NCBI RefSeq assembly: GCF_009914755.1
Contig: NC_060925.1
Source of the DNA: the human T2T-CHM13v2.0 reference genome, Homo sapiens
Direction: 5' to 3' (one strand)
DNA length: 64,000 nt
The position numbers and the translations under genes are program-made. This document shows positions 33,290 through 48,506 of the stretch, piece by piece. Numbering within the stretch: the stretch's first letter is position 1; the number at the start of each line of letters is the position of its first letter. The notes beneath the pieces are model-generated. The model was given only the letters and a program-made list of their open reading frames with translations, did no database searches and had not been told where the DNA came from.

Positions 33290-33690
33290 AGGGACAAATC
33301 CAGGTAGGATGATAAGAGAAGGCTACTCAGAGAAAAAACAGATGCCTGAATGAAGCAAGGAGGTGAGATGCAAAAACCAAGGGAAAAGGCATTAAGGCAA
33401 AGGAAACAGCAAATGCACAAGCCCTAAAATGGGAATAAGCTAGGTGTATTCAAGAAGTAAGAAGGTCAATGTAGAGTTGAATGAAGACAAGAAGTGGCAG
33501 AATTTAATATAAGAGAGGTGGATAGGGACTAAATCACATAGGCCCTTTTAGGGCATAAGCAGGCATTTGGATTTGACTCAGAGTGATGGAAGTCACTGGA
33601 GGGTTTTGAGCAGGATGGTATCATGAGTCTGGTTTCTGTGTTTCAGGGACCACTTTGGCTGGTATGTGAATAATATATGATGGAGTTAAA
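33290..33690 (-). mobile_element. L2 fragment
   Basis: gcaaaggaaacagcaaatgcacaagccct...tttggatttgactcagagtgatggaagtcactggagggttttgagcagga. Confidence 0.8.
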
Positions 33691-34329
33691 ATCATCCATA
33701 TGTGCAATCTACACTGAGAATCTAGTGAGAGCATTGTGCTTGACGTGCATGTTCAGTTAGTTCTAAAACTTACACAAACAGAGCAATAAAGAGCAACAGA
33801 AGATGCTGTGTAAAACCCTTCTGGGAATCCTTTAGACATTATCTAGTTAAAGGTGTGAAATGTGAGGCTAGAAGTGAGAAGGGATGTATTCAAGATTACA
33901 GATATAGTTTAATGCAATGTAGGAAGTAAAGTTAATATGTGTTAAATATATTCAAGAGAAAAGCCTTTGAAAAACAAGTTTGGACTCTCTTGCTGCATAG
34001 CAAATCACCCCAAACTTGGTAACCTAAAACAAAAACCATCATTTTATAATATAATTAAGAGTATAAGTAAAAATACTGAAATAGGATAGAGAAAAATATT
34101 TTTGACAATCAGGAGTATTTAAGGGTAAATTAAAAAAAATTGGGGGATAGGACCAAGACACATACTGTGCAAAACACAGAGGGCAAAATGATATCTGCCT
34201 ATATCAGATGGCTACACAAGTGTAGATCTGTGCATGCACACTCATACACAACTATAGCCCCAGAAACCTGTAACCCAAAGCTGTGATAGCATCCACTCTG
34301 ATCAGTACTCTTTCTCCATAGTTATTATG

Positions 34330-34635
34330 GCAACTGGCAACTATGCTCCACTACTTCTGTAAACATTTATGTATCCTTGGAGAGCTTCCTCTGACCTACT
34401 GGCGAAGGTTTGTTGATGGTCACCTTCTGAGCTCAGGACAAAGTAATTTCTTTGGAATCCTGTTGTCATCCATCCTCCTCTCATGAACAGCCTGGAGAAG
34501 TAGAGTTGCAAAGTGCATGGCTTTGGTGCCAGTGGATTGGACGGGCTCCAGCTTCTTACTCTTAGCGACCTTGTTCTGCCATTTGATGTTAAATATAGAA
34601 TGTAAGGGGCAGGGTGAGAACTCCAGAGTCCCAGA
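34330..34635 (-). mobile_element. Ancient RTE-clade LINE fossil (L4/RTE-X or MamRTE-like), ORF C-terminal region
   Basis: Minus-strand translation LHSIFNIKWQNKV...AM...QAVHERRMDDNRIPKKLLCPEL, then frameshifted GQRKLSKDT; matches the recalled RTE pattern LRxILxIxWQDKV...WAGHVxRMxDxRIPKxLLYGEL...GQxKRxKD. Confidence 0.75.
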
Positions 34636-34760
34636 CAAATTCGAATTCTTCCTGTCTCTTCATCTATCAACATCTGTTTATCTCTCTATTTTATGGTGCT
34701 TACTATCAAAGAGCTCAGTTACTCCCAGTTTTTTTTATTCTGCTACAAGCGAATCCACCC

Positions 34761-35050
<290 letters not shown>

Positions 35051-36074
35051 AAATCCACCCATTTATAATGGGACGCTATGCTTAATCATGTCACTACTAC
35101 AAATGATACAATGAAATATCAACTAGCCAGAACTCATTTTGCTACAAGTATCAGTAAACCACAGATTAAAGTAGAAAACATCACACTATAGGAAACACTT
35201 TATATAAGAGTTGCCCAAAAGAGAAAATTTCTGGCATTTGTGAAGAACATGTACATTCTGCCCAATCTCCTGTGTTTTTTATATTTTTAGCTACCCTACA
35301 ACAATATAATTTTCAAAAAATTTGACAAGTAAGTGCCATGGTATAGTAAGAAACACTATATTAAGTCTTAGATATCCTAGATAGAAAGAAATCTCTTATA
35401 TCACCCTGTTTAGTGCAAGGCCACTGAAATCTTACCCCATAATCTTTGACAGTCACACTAGCCTCAGTTTTCTGATCTGTTAAATAAAAAAGTGAAGTGA
35501 GTGATTTCTCTGTTTCTTTTTAGGTTTATGATTTGAAGATTTAAAATACTGTGAATGATATATCTCAGTTAAATAGAATATTCAGTTAACTAGAACTTTC
35601 ACTCCCCTACATTCTGTTTAAACTTCTACTATAATAGCAACAATAGTCATATCTTTTATCTGTATATCATTAAACTTCATAAACATTTTTGCACACATCT
35701 CTCCTTTTAATTTCAAAATGTCATTCAAAACTAACAGATGATCCATATTTCTGTGCCCTAGCAAATATATGATATTGAAGAGATGGATGTATTTACATGA
35801 CAGGCAAAAACATTCTATTTGGTGCAGTTTGTACTATTTATTTTCTTGAGTAAAAGAAATACTTTAAGATCTTTCAAGAAGTGAATGAATGGTGAAAACT
35901 AAAACTATAGAAACATAAGTCATTCAATATGTTCTGGTATCAGAGCATTATAATAATCTTTCAAGGACATGTGAAAAAAAGATCCAAGCTCAACTATGGG
36001 TCCAAGTAAAAGCTAAGTTGAATCAACTATCTAAAATAATGCTTCATATCTTTGAATACTTTTTAACTTAGAAA

Positions 36075-36245
36075 ACAGTTTCACACACATTATTTCATTT
36101 AAATTTCACAACGCCCCGAGTCATTTTTTATTAAAGCAGAATTGTTCATGTCATTTTATAGATGAATCAACCGAGGCTGGAAGAAGATAAGCAACTTGTC
36201 CAAAATCACAAAAGTAATTAGGGAGGAAATCAGGACCTAATTGAA
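36075..36245 (-). mobile_element. MIR
   Basis: cacacattatttcatttaaatttcacaac...cattttatagatgaatcaaccgaggctggaagaagataagcaacttgtccaaaatcaca. Confidence 0.75.
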
Positions 36246-36302
36246 TCAAAGAATTCCAAGTTTCTTGGGATCTTAAAGTCATCTCATGTGAGGCTTCAAT
36301 CC

Positions 36303-36745
36303 TGTGGTGTTGATGGCCAATTGTTCATTCAAAACTGGAGTTTTCTTTCCATATTACAGATTTTTAATTAGGATGTGGCTTCCCAACTAGGGACCACATC
36401 TGCCAGTCTCTCTTGTATCTAAGTGAAATCATATAACCACCTTATCACCAATAGAACGTGAACAGAAGTGATGTATGTCATTTCTGGGCCACGATAGCTA
36501 AGGAGCAGCTCTTCTTATTCCTTCCTAACTTTCTGTTTTCCTGGCTCAGAGGACACTAAAGCCAAAGGAGATGGTAGAGCCAAAGATGGAAGGAGCCTGG
36601 TGCCCTGAGTCACCACAAGGGAGAAAGTCACCTGCCAACAGGAAATCTCACTGTTCATTACATAAACAAGAATTAATCTTAAACTGTGCTACGACATTGA
36701 CATTGGAGATTTACTTTTTTCTATTATTAGCATTACCCCAACAAA
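36303..36745 (+). mobile_element. Old MLT1 (I/J-like) LTR
   Basis: ccaatagaacgtgaacagaagtgatgtatgtcatttctgggcca...agagccaaagatggaaggagcctggtgccctgagtcacca. Confidence 0.75.
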
Positions 36746-37874
36746 TAAAAATCCCCCTGCAACTCCCTACCTCCATCTAAACACAGTAACAAGGGCTTGC
36801 TCCTACCAAAAGCAGACCATTCCATATTTGAATAGCTGCTGACTATTACAAAGCTTTTCATTACATTGAGCAGAATTTTTTTTCTATTATCTCAGTTTGA
36901 TCATAGTGTGCTTTTTGAACTCTCACAGAACTGATGGAAACCTCTTCCATGTGACTTATGTCTGCCACAATCCCTTATCATGGTTACAGACTAATGACAC
37001 TTTACAGAAACAAGGTTTCCACAACAAGACCGTAAGTCTCCCCTTCTTTGGAAGTGTTGATATAATTCTGGACAAAGAATGGGGGTTGATGAATACTGAG
37101 TGTCTTGTGCAAGCTTGATTGATTTTGGAGTTAAGTTGTCATCTACTTTGGAAGCATTTCCAAATTCATCCAGAGCAAGTTATTTTCTTTCTCCACTGTA
37201 TTCCTACAACATCCCACATGTTTTTTCTATTATAACACTTTCTACATCATATTATAATTGTAACCTTCCCTTAGAACTATAAAGGCATCTGAGCTCATTC
37301 TATCACCAGCAAGAAGTCCATTTAACATGGGTTCAGAGCCACAGCTCACACTACTCCAGGGGACATCATTGACATTATAGTCTAAGGCCATGCTATAAAG
37401 TGACCTCAATCACGAAACCTCTTGGAGTCCAGAAAGTGATGTAAGTGATGTAAATATTTACTTACATACTGTTTCCCTTAGGTTACCCCTCAGTCTGCTT
37501 TGTAGGTCCCTGGAGGTTTCACGTGATTCCCTTGCCCCCTCCTTTTCTATTATTCTCACTCTGCCCAAAAAAACCTAAGCTTTATCCTACACACCCTTCA
37601 TGCCTTGCATTCAAGCAAAGCAAACATAAGGTATTCAGAATGGGGCAGCAAGATGACAACGAATTTCAAACTTGCTAATATTGATAGCTGTAACAGCATA
37701 GCTTAAGAAATCATTATGTTAAAAGACACTTCTTTCCATGAGGGGGATGTTTGAAGTGAGGGAGGAGACTGAACAGCTGGATGAGGAGACAAAGAGAGTG
37801 AAAGAAGCCTAAAGCCCATCATTCCCCATGAATTCCTGATTTGTTTGTATGTCTTCTCCTCTAACTCATTATAT

Positions 37875-38062
37875 ATTTATTTCTCACTTATTTAAAACTT
37901 CTATAACACTTACTAAGTGTAGGCATTGTTCTAAGTATTTTGCAAAAGTGAATTCACTTAACCCTATAACTGGGCCATACATAGGATGTATTGCTATCAG
38001 CATTTTACAGATGAAGAAACTGGAGACAGAGGTTTTATAACTTGCCTGAGGTCACCATCGTG
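37875..38062 (-). mobile_element. MIR
   Basis: cacttactaagtgtaggcattgttctaag...cattttacagatgaagaaactggagacagagg...aacttgcctgaggtcac. Confidence 0.8.
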
Positions 38063-38639
38063 GAGGTCACCTGTGTTGCCTCCTTGCCTTATTCTCATCC
38101 ACAAGTTGGAAAGGATTTCTGGTTTGCTGTTTTAGAGATAAGGAAAATAAAGCTTGGCTCACAGAGTTTAACTGATATGCCCAACTTCACGTGGCTGGCT
38201 GCTAAACTAAAAGGTGGATCAATAGTTTGAATGGAAATCCTTTGCTTTTCATATTTGCAAATGCTATTTGTGGAAATTTATTTGAGATAAATTTTACGCT
38301 GGGCCTCCAGGTAGGTTTAATCTATTGCTTGCTTTTTGCTTCTTGGAACTACACTAAATAAAGGTCCTACTACCTTGGTGGAAAGTCTCATCCTGAACCT
38401 GAGGCAAACATTTTCCTCTTGTTTATCAAATCTTCCATGTACTAACAGGAGGGACAGAGGGCCAAGAGTTCCAACTCTTCCACCAAACACCTGTGATTTT
38501 GAATGAGTTATTTAACCTCCCTGGTCTTATGTTTTGTATTTTTGCACATAAAACAAAGAGATTGGATTAAATATGTGTTAGGTCCAGTGTGAGTTGACAT
38601 AGAAAGTGTAGGTGAGCTTCATTGCAAGCAAGTACTATG

Positions 38640-39035
38640 AAAACTAAAACAATTAGGTAGAATTTATCCAAACCTTAACTGTAGACAAGGAGCTGTGAAC
38701 TCTTAGTTGTCACCTAAGAAATGGATTTGAGAATTTATTATAGACTGCTAAGAACATCAGCCCAATGTGCTGTAGCCTCAAAGGTCAATAAAATGATATT
38801 ATCCAAAAAGGTAAAACATAAATAAAAAGGTAAAACATACAATAAAAAAAAGAACATATTTAGCATTTACCCCAAAAACAGAACCAGTATGTTCCTATTT
38901 GAAATGCAATGCTCTCCAAGTTGCTACATCTCTTGAAACAGACTGAGGAATTAGAACAAATCTAGAAGGAGAAAATTTTAATGGCTTTGAGCCTGGAAAG
39001 TGGTAATCATTGAAGGACAGCCTAAAAAGATTTAA
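38640..39035 (+). mobile_element. CR1/L3 RT-region fossil
   Basis: aacatcagcccaatgtgctgtagcctcaaaggtcaat...gactgaggaattagaacaaatctagaaggaga...cctggaaag resembles the recalled L3 consensus. Confidence 0.5.
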
Positions 39036-39269
39036 ATTACACTACGATTATAAAAAAGCAATTATCTGCCGTTAGTATCCCATATAATATTTAATAACAT
39101 TTCCTAATTTAGTTATACATACATATTTAAAGTCTCAGATTAAATAAAGTAAAATGTTATTTTAGATATAATGCTTCTTCTAACTTTCACATTTCATGAA
39201 ACAATTGTACTCAAACTTTTCAGGTGCACCTGTAGTATAAATAACTTTATCGTCATTAAAGTCACATTT

Positions 39270-39620
39270 TGGATCAACTAACACAGTTTTACAAAGTACA
39301 TCCTTTTCACTGCCATCGATGTCATTTAAGATGCAATACTTTTGAAATCATGTATCATATTTCACCAGAAATTGTATTTCACCCCATGAGTACCCATTCA
39401 CATATCATTTGGACAATGGGTCATTTCATTCACTCAACAATTGTAATTAAGATAATTTTAACACTACAATTTATTTAATGTTCTTTCCACAATTTAACCA
39501 GTTAACAATACTGCCTTTTTAAGTTGTTCACAATGACATCAAAAACTTGCAGTTGTGAGATCGTACCCCTAGAAATAATGACTCAATTACCAATATTTTT
39601 GCCTTCTTTATTTTAATAAT
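39270..39620 (-). mobile_element. pogo/Tc2 (Kanga/POGK-like) DNA transposase fossil
   Basis: Minus-strand pieces: VIISRGTISQLQVFDVIVN, LKRQY, NWL, MICEWVLMG*NTISGE, IHDFK, CILNDIDGSEKDVL. Confidence 0.7.
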
Positions 39621-39780
39621 TTCACCAGATGATTTTTCTAAGCAACAAAAAAGAGCTTTAATTGAAATGATTTAAGGATAATTTGCCTTCATTTAAAAAG
39701 TACTTTGTTGTTTAAAAAAATTGAGGAATTCTGTCGTAATATGAGAAAGTATAGGCTCAAACATTAGGCCATTTCTTCTT

Positions 39781-40477
<697 letters not shown>

Positions 40478-40523
<46 letters not shown>

Positions 40524-40589
40524 TATATACACACACATACACACAATACCTATTTCATATATATATATACTATGCATATATATATACTA

Positions 40590-40630
<41 letters not shown>
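40478..40630. repeat. Compound (TA)n/(CA)n microsatellite
   Basis: Read directly. Confidence 0.95.
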
Positions 40631-40634
<4 letters not shown>

Positions 40635-40635
40635 A

Positions 40636-41058
40636 ATAAGGAATTGGCTTAAGAAATGATGGAGGATGAGAATTCCCCTGACCTGAAATCAGCAAGCTGA
40701 GATCCCAGAAAAGTCAGTGGTATAGTTCCAGTCTGCATCCAGAGGCCTAAGAAAAAGGAGTGCCAATGGTGTAATTTCAGTCTGAGGGCAGGAGAAGACC
40801 AATGCTCAGCTCAAGCAGTCAGGCAGAGAGAGAAAGCAAATTCTCTCTTCTTCTACCTTTTTATTCTATTAAGGCCCTCAACCGATTGGATGAGGCCCAC
40901 CCACATTGGAGAAGTCAACCTGCTTTATTCAGTCTAATGATTTAAATGTTAATCTCCTCCAGAAACACCCTCATACACACACACACATTAGAAATCGTAT
41001 TTGGCCAAATATTGGACACCCATGACCCAGTCACAGTGACACAAAATTAACCAACACA
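40636..41058 (-). mobile_element. MLT2 (ERVL) LTR
   Basis: aaggaattggct...gattggatgaggcccacccacattggagaag...ccagaaacaccctca...gacacaaaattaacc. Confidence 0.88.
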
Positions 41059-41059
41059 A

Positions 41060-41648
41060 TTGGTTAAGTCGATTTAGGTATTAACTTGACTGAATGAAGA
41101 AATACCTAGAGAACTGGTAAGGATTATTTCTGGGTGTGGCTGTGAGGGAGTGACTCTGAGGGTGTTTCCAGAGAAAATTGACATGTGAGTTGGTGGGGAC
41201 TCAGTGGGAAGACCCACCCTCAATGTGTGTAGGCACCATCTAATCAGCTGAGGTCCTGGATAGAACAAAAAAGCAGGGGAAAGGCAAATTCATTCCATCT
41301 GCTGAAGCTAGGACAACCATCTTCTAAAGTTGGACATCGGAACTCCAGTTTCTCTGGCATTTGGACTGTGGGACTTGCACCAGCAAACATGTGGGTTCTC
41401 AAGCATTCAGCCTTGAATGGATAATTATACCATTGGCTTCCCTGGCTCTGAGACTTTGAAACTTGGGCTGAGCCACACTACCAGCATCCCAGGGTCTCCA
41501 GCTTGCTGATATCCTGTCATGGGACTTCTCAGCCTCCATAATCACACAAGCCAATTTCCCTAATAAATTATGTCTATCTATCTATCTATCTATCTCTCTA
41601 TCTCCCTCCTATTGATTCTGTCTCTCTGGAGATTCCTGACTAATATAT
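41060..41648 (+). mobile_element. MLT2 (MLT2B-like) LTR
   Basis: aacttgactg...gattatttctgggtgtg...gagggtgtttccagag...cttctcagcctccataatcac...(TCTA)n...tctgtctctctggagattcctgactaat. Confidence 0.88.
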
Positions 41649-41659
41649 TGAGTATGTAA

Positions 41660-43500
<1,841 letters not shown>

Positions 43501-43538
43501 CTTTACTTTTTTTTTTTTTTAGTAGAGTTGTGTGTCTG

Positions 43539-43543
<5 letters not shown>

Positions 43544-43571
<28 letters not shown>
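43544..43571. repeat. (TG)n microsatellite
   Basis: Read directly. Confidence 0.95.
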
Positions 43572-43576
<5 letters not shown>

Positions 43577-43709
43577 CAATTTTTTGGTTTGTTTATTGAT
43601 TTTAGCCTATGTCAGAATTTTAATGCCAGAAAATTCTGGTCCAAAGAAAATGTTCAAATGCTGTAATAATATTGTTTTATCAGTTAGTTGCATACATATA
43701 TAAAGAAAG

Positions 43710-44328
43710 AAAATAGGAGGAAGGAAAGAGGGAAAATGGAAGGAAAGGAAGGAGAGGAGAGGAGAGGAGGGGAGGGGAGGAGGGAAGGGGAGGAGGGTAG
43801 GGGAGGAGGGGAGCAGATGGGAGGGGAGGGGAGGGGAGGGGAGGGGGAGGGGAGGAGGGGAGGGGAGGAGGGGAGGGGAGGAGGGGAGGGGAGGGGGTAG
43901 AGGGAGGGGAGGAGGGGAGGGGAGGAGGGGAGAGGGAGTGGAGGATGGGAGGGAAGGAGGGGAGGGGAGGAGGGGAGGGGAGGGAGGAGGGGAGGAAAGG
44001 AGGGGAGGGGAAGAGAGGAGGGGAGGGGAGGAGGGGAGGGGAGGTGAGAAAGGGAGGGGAGGGGAAAAAGGGAGGGGAGGAGGGGAGGGGAGGAGGGGAG
44101 GAGGGGAGGGGAGGAGGGGAGGAGGGGAGGGGAGGAGGGGAAGAGGGGAGGGGAGAAGGGGGGGAGGAGAGGAGGGGAGGGGAGAAAGGGACGGGAGGAG
44201 GGGAGGGGAGGAGGGGAGGGGAGGAGGGGATGGGAGGAAGCGAGAGGAGGAGGGGAGGGAAGGGGAGGAGAGAAGAGAGGAGAGGAGAGGAGGGAGGGAG
44301 GGAGGAAGGAAGGAAGGAAGGAAGGGGT
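43710..44328 (+). repeat. G-rich polypurine low-complexity tract (GGGGA/GGAGG/GGAA units)
   Basis: About 620 nt, almost entirely A/G on +, with dozens of GGG/GGGG runs. Confidence 0.97.
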
Positions 44329-45494
44329 AGTTTAGACTTAAGAAAGAAGATGGTTCAAGAATATTATGATGCAGACATTTAACGTAAAAACAACTCTAAG
44401 TTGTTATAAACTCTGACATTTCCACCAAAAAAAAAAAAATCACTATGCTTTGCCCCAGAAATATACCTCCTGGCAGACAGTGTGGGAGCACTGGCTTCCT
44501 CCAACTGTCATATATTCTTTCTTCTACCAGGCATTTTTTGGTATGAAAAGAATTTTGAGAGGGGAGTGAGAAAGAGAAGGGAGAGTGTGAAAGTATCCAA
44601 CTACCCTCTGTGCCCAGCAGGGCAGTAACTAAGCTCTCTGGCCAGCAGAGGGAAACTAGCACCCATAGAGAGCCCCCAACAGTGCTGCACTGAACAGAGA
44701 GTTGGACACAGTCCCTAACTTGGTGACCTTTTGAAAGAGATGTGCTCCCAAACTGCTGGCAGGCAATACCAGGCTGGCTGCAAGGAGCCTTTACTGATTT
44801 CCTAGGTTTCTCCCAGACACACTTAAAGAAGGTTATGTGTGGTGTGTGCTGAGATGGTAATAAATTAAATTATAGCGCTGGACTAGTTATCTACCATATA
44901 ATGGCAGATTATTTCACTCTCTGAAGAAACAAAGACTCTGTCCTTTCTCAGCTGCCTTTGATTTTCTGAGTTGTTGTCCTAGAAATTTTTTAAGAGCATG
45001 TTTTGTTATCATCCGAAAATCTGCCATCTTGTAAACATAGCATTTCTAATAGTTGAAAACTGTTTCTTACCTTTGGTGTGCTATTTACCTTTAAATTAAA
45101 GTGTCAGGTGATAGCAGATAGAACTTCTTTCTTCCCAAGTGTCCTTGTCACTGTCCTAGTTCAAGTTCTCATCACTGCCAGTTTTCTGCAACAGCCTTCT
45201 CTCTGCCCTCAACTTTGACCTTTCTGATTCAAATCTTGGTCTATCTGACTTCAAGCTTATGCTGCTTTCATTTCACAACCTTCCCACTGACTTTTCTAGC
45301 CTGCTCATCTGATGTAATATGGGAAGGACGGCACCTCAGAATTAAACGATTTGCCATCAGTTCATGCTGTCTCTTCTCTCCCTTCTCTCTCTCTCTCGCT
45401 CTCTGTCCCTCTCTCCCAGAATTCTTCTTTCCTCCCCTGTGATATTCATGCTGATCACAGACCCTAAAAGTCAACATTCTTTATGTTTCCATGC

Positions 45495-45548
45495 TTAGAA
45501 CCTAGTACAGTGTCTGGCACATAGTAAATGTTCCATTAAAATGTGTTA
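45495..45548 (+). mobile_element. L2 3' end
   Basis: agaacctagtacagtgtctggcacatagtaaatg. Confidence 0.7.
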
Positions 45549-47199
45549 AAGCCATGAACTATTAATTCATAGAAGCCATAATTTATATAAAGTGTGCGGT
45601 TTTCTTGAATAGCTGTAGTGCCCAAAGTTTAAGAGAAAAAGTAATAATAATAACTGGGTTGACGGGATTGAGCCAGCATCTTTTTGTGCTAGGAGGATGT
45701 GTTGAAAAGATGAAGAGGAAGAGAGCTAACAGTATTGGCAAAAGATGGGTAGGTGAAATGATGGATTGTGTGATCTAGCGCAGATCTGAAAGAAAGCGAA
45801 GACTTGACATGACTCATAGATTTGAGGATGGACCAGGAGACAGAGTAAATATGGTGGGAGTGAGAGAAACTTGGAGAGAAAAGAGGCTGTAATCAGAAAT
45901 ATGATGTTGGAGTAAGAGGTAGAGAAGTAACAGACTAATGCAAGAAGTAAGGAATGGCCACAGATGAGGACTGAGGATTATATGAAAGGGCAAACAATTG
46001 TGAGGCATCAGAATCACAAGGTAATACTGCCAGAGTTTAGCAAAACATCCATGCTAGAAGTCACATGCCTTTGGTGACACAGCTGGTACTATTGCCAGGT
46101 GGCACATACCTTGAGCAATGAGAAGCTTTTACATGAAGGTGAAGGAGTAATAATTTGTCTCTTTACTGACAAATGGGAACTAAGCCAGGCAAAAGCAGGC
46201 AAGATTTAAACACATGATAGGACTAGAAAATGCAAAGTGCTGTAATGTAGTACAAATTATACTAAAATACTTGAAGGAACACACACACAAAAAAAATATT
46301 CAGTACAGACTGATAGATATTAGGGGCCCTTGTAAGACAGGGAACATTAAAGGGCACAAATGATCTGCTATTTTCTGTTCACTTCTTACTACCTATTAAT
46401 TCAGAATGTACATATGCTTTGGGTTCTTGAAAACAGCCTTGCATGTTAGCAAAGTTAAGCTTGTGCCTCAGTAGTCTAATTTTAGAGTTGTAGAGAGGTT
46501 CACTGTCCCTTGCTGGTCTGAAATGCCTTAAGGGGCCCAACTTTGGATTAAGAAAGTCCTATTAGTGTAATTTCTGCTAAGGAGTAACATTTTAAACTCT
46601 CCTTGAGAAATGATGTACACTGGGGAATGAAGGCAGCATGTTGAGAAGCAAAAAATTAGGTTACAGGACACTTTCTGGGAGATGAAAAAATCAGATGAGG
46701 TGTGGAGAAAGAGTACAGAAGAGAGTAGGTGGAGGATTCCAAAGGCAACCCTCACTTGCCACTCAATGTCACTAAGGAACTAAGTTGCTTGTTCTTGCCT
46801 CAAGGACTTGTGCACCAAGCATGCAAGCTCAACTCCCCACTGTGAATGAAAAACTATACTTTTTCTTTGACTTGACTGTTGACTCCACTGAAATCACAGC
46901 AAAAAATATTAAACAGAAAGCAAAACAAAACTGTCTAAAGAAGTTACGTAAGGTACTTGCTGCATAGCTTGGAACATAACCTCAGAATCCTGCATTATAA
47001 AGTTCACTGTTAATTTTGAGTTTGTCCACCTTATATCCTTGCTGGGAAATGTAGCAAATAAAATGCTCTCACTCTCCACCTATCCCTTTCTTACTGTCTC
47101 CATCTCTTATGTGTCCCTGTCTCCAGTTCTTTTTCTGACTCATAATCATTCTCTCTCTCTCTCTTTCTCTCTCTCTGTCTCCCTTTCTCAAACACTTGA

Positions 47200-47920
47200 A
47201 ATTTTAAATAAACTTCATTCAGGTAGAATTTATGTACAAAAAGATACATTCTGCTGAGTCTTTACGAATGTATACCCTTGTGTACCCCCACCGCATACAA
47301 CATTTTGATCACCCCCAGAAAGTTTCATCTGCCTTCTTAGGCAATCCCCCTACCTCTGACTCCAAGTAACCACTGATATGCTGTCACTACAGATTAGATT
47401 TGTCTTTTCTATATTTTCCCATAAATGGAATCATTGAGAATGTACCCATTTGCATCTGCCATCTTACAATCAGCATAATGCATTTAAGATCCATACATGT
47501 TGTTGCATGTATTCGATTCAATTCTTTTTTGCTGAATAGTATTTCATCATATAAATATCTGGGTCATGTGGTAAGTGTATGTCTAACTTTGTAAGAAATG
47601 CCCAAACTGTTTTGCAATGATTCCACCACATTCTATTCTCACCAGCAGTATGTGAGAGTCCCATTTGTTTTACACCCTTGCCAACTCTCCACATTGTCAG
47701 TCCTTTTTAGTTTAGCCATTCTAATGGATGTGACTGGTATACCTCTAATTTTATTTACCTGATAAGTAATTATCAGGGGATATTACCAGTGCTCATTGAC
47801 CACTCATTTATCTTCTTTTGTGAAGCATGTGCTCAAATTACTTGCCCATATTTATCAGATTGATTGTTGTCTTATTACAGAATTGTAAGAATTCTTTATA
47901 ATAGATACAAATCCTTTTGG
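47200..47920 (-). mobile_element. Old L1M 3' fragment
   Basis: gtaaccactgatatgctgtcactacagattag...cataaatggaatcat...tttagccattctaatggatgtg. Confidence 0.82.
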
Positions 47921-48226
47921 TTTTGATTAAATTAACAAACTTTAAAAATAACATGATTAGTATAGAACTATAAAAAAAGTAAAGTAAATATATCTAAATA
48001 AACATTGGCTTTAGAACAAAAATCCCCCATATTTTTAGCATCAATGTTTTTCTCTTACACTCCCACTGTTAAAATTTTTTATAAAAATGTGTTTAATTGA
48101 ACAGCTTTACCCTAGTGCGTTTGACTTTGCAATACTGAGAGTGTAAATGTTGGTTTGGAATATGAGTTTGTTTTATCAGAAAACAAACTACAAGGCAATT
48201 TTTTTGTTTTAATTCCCTGAAGTATA

Positions 48227-48455
48227 TGGGTTGGTAAACTTTCCCTGTAAAGGGCCAGAGAGCAAATATTTTAGGCATTAAGAGTCACAAGATATCTGTT
48301 GCAACTCCCTGACTCTGCCTTTACATGGTAGAGCTGCACTGTCTAAGTCTCTATTGCATAGACAATATCTAAATGAATGAGTATGGCTGTGCTCCAAAAA
48401 AAAAACCTTTTTCTAAAAAATGTGATAGGTTAGATTTGGCTTCCCAACTCATACT
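48227..48455 (+). mobile_element. MER58 hAT-Charlie MITE
   Basis: gggttggtaaactttccctgtaaagggccagagagcaaatattttaggc...catagacaatatctaaatgaatgagtatggctgtgctccaa...gatttggc. Confidence 0.85.
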
Positions 48456-48462
48456 GTAGTAG

Positions 48463-48465
<3 letters not shown>

Positions 48466-48499
<34 letters not shown>

Positions 48500-48506
48500 G
48501 CACACA
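48466..48506. repeat. (CA)n microsatellite
   Basis: Read directly. Confidence 0.95.

Noticed and set aside
43688-44382. G/E/R-rich ORFs of 70-145 aa
   Set aside because: Open only because polypurine repeats lack stop codons.
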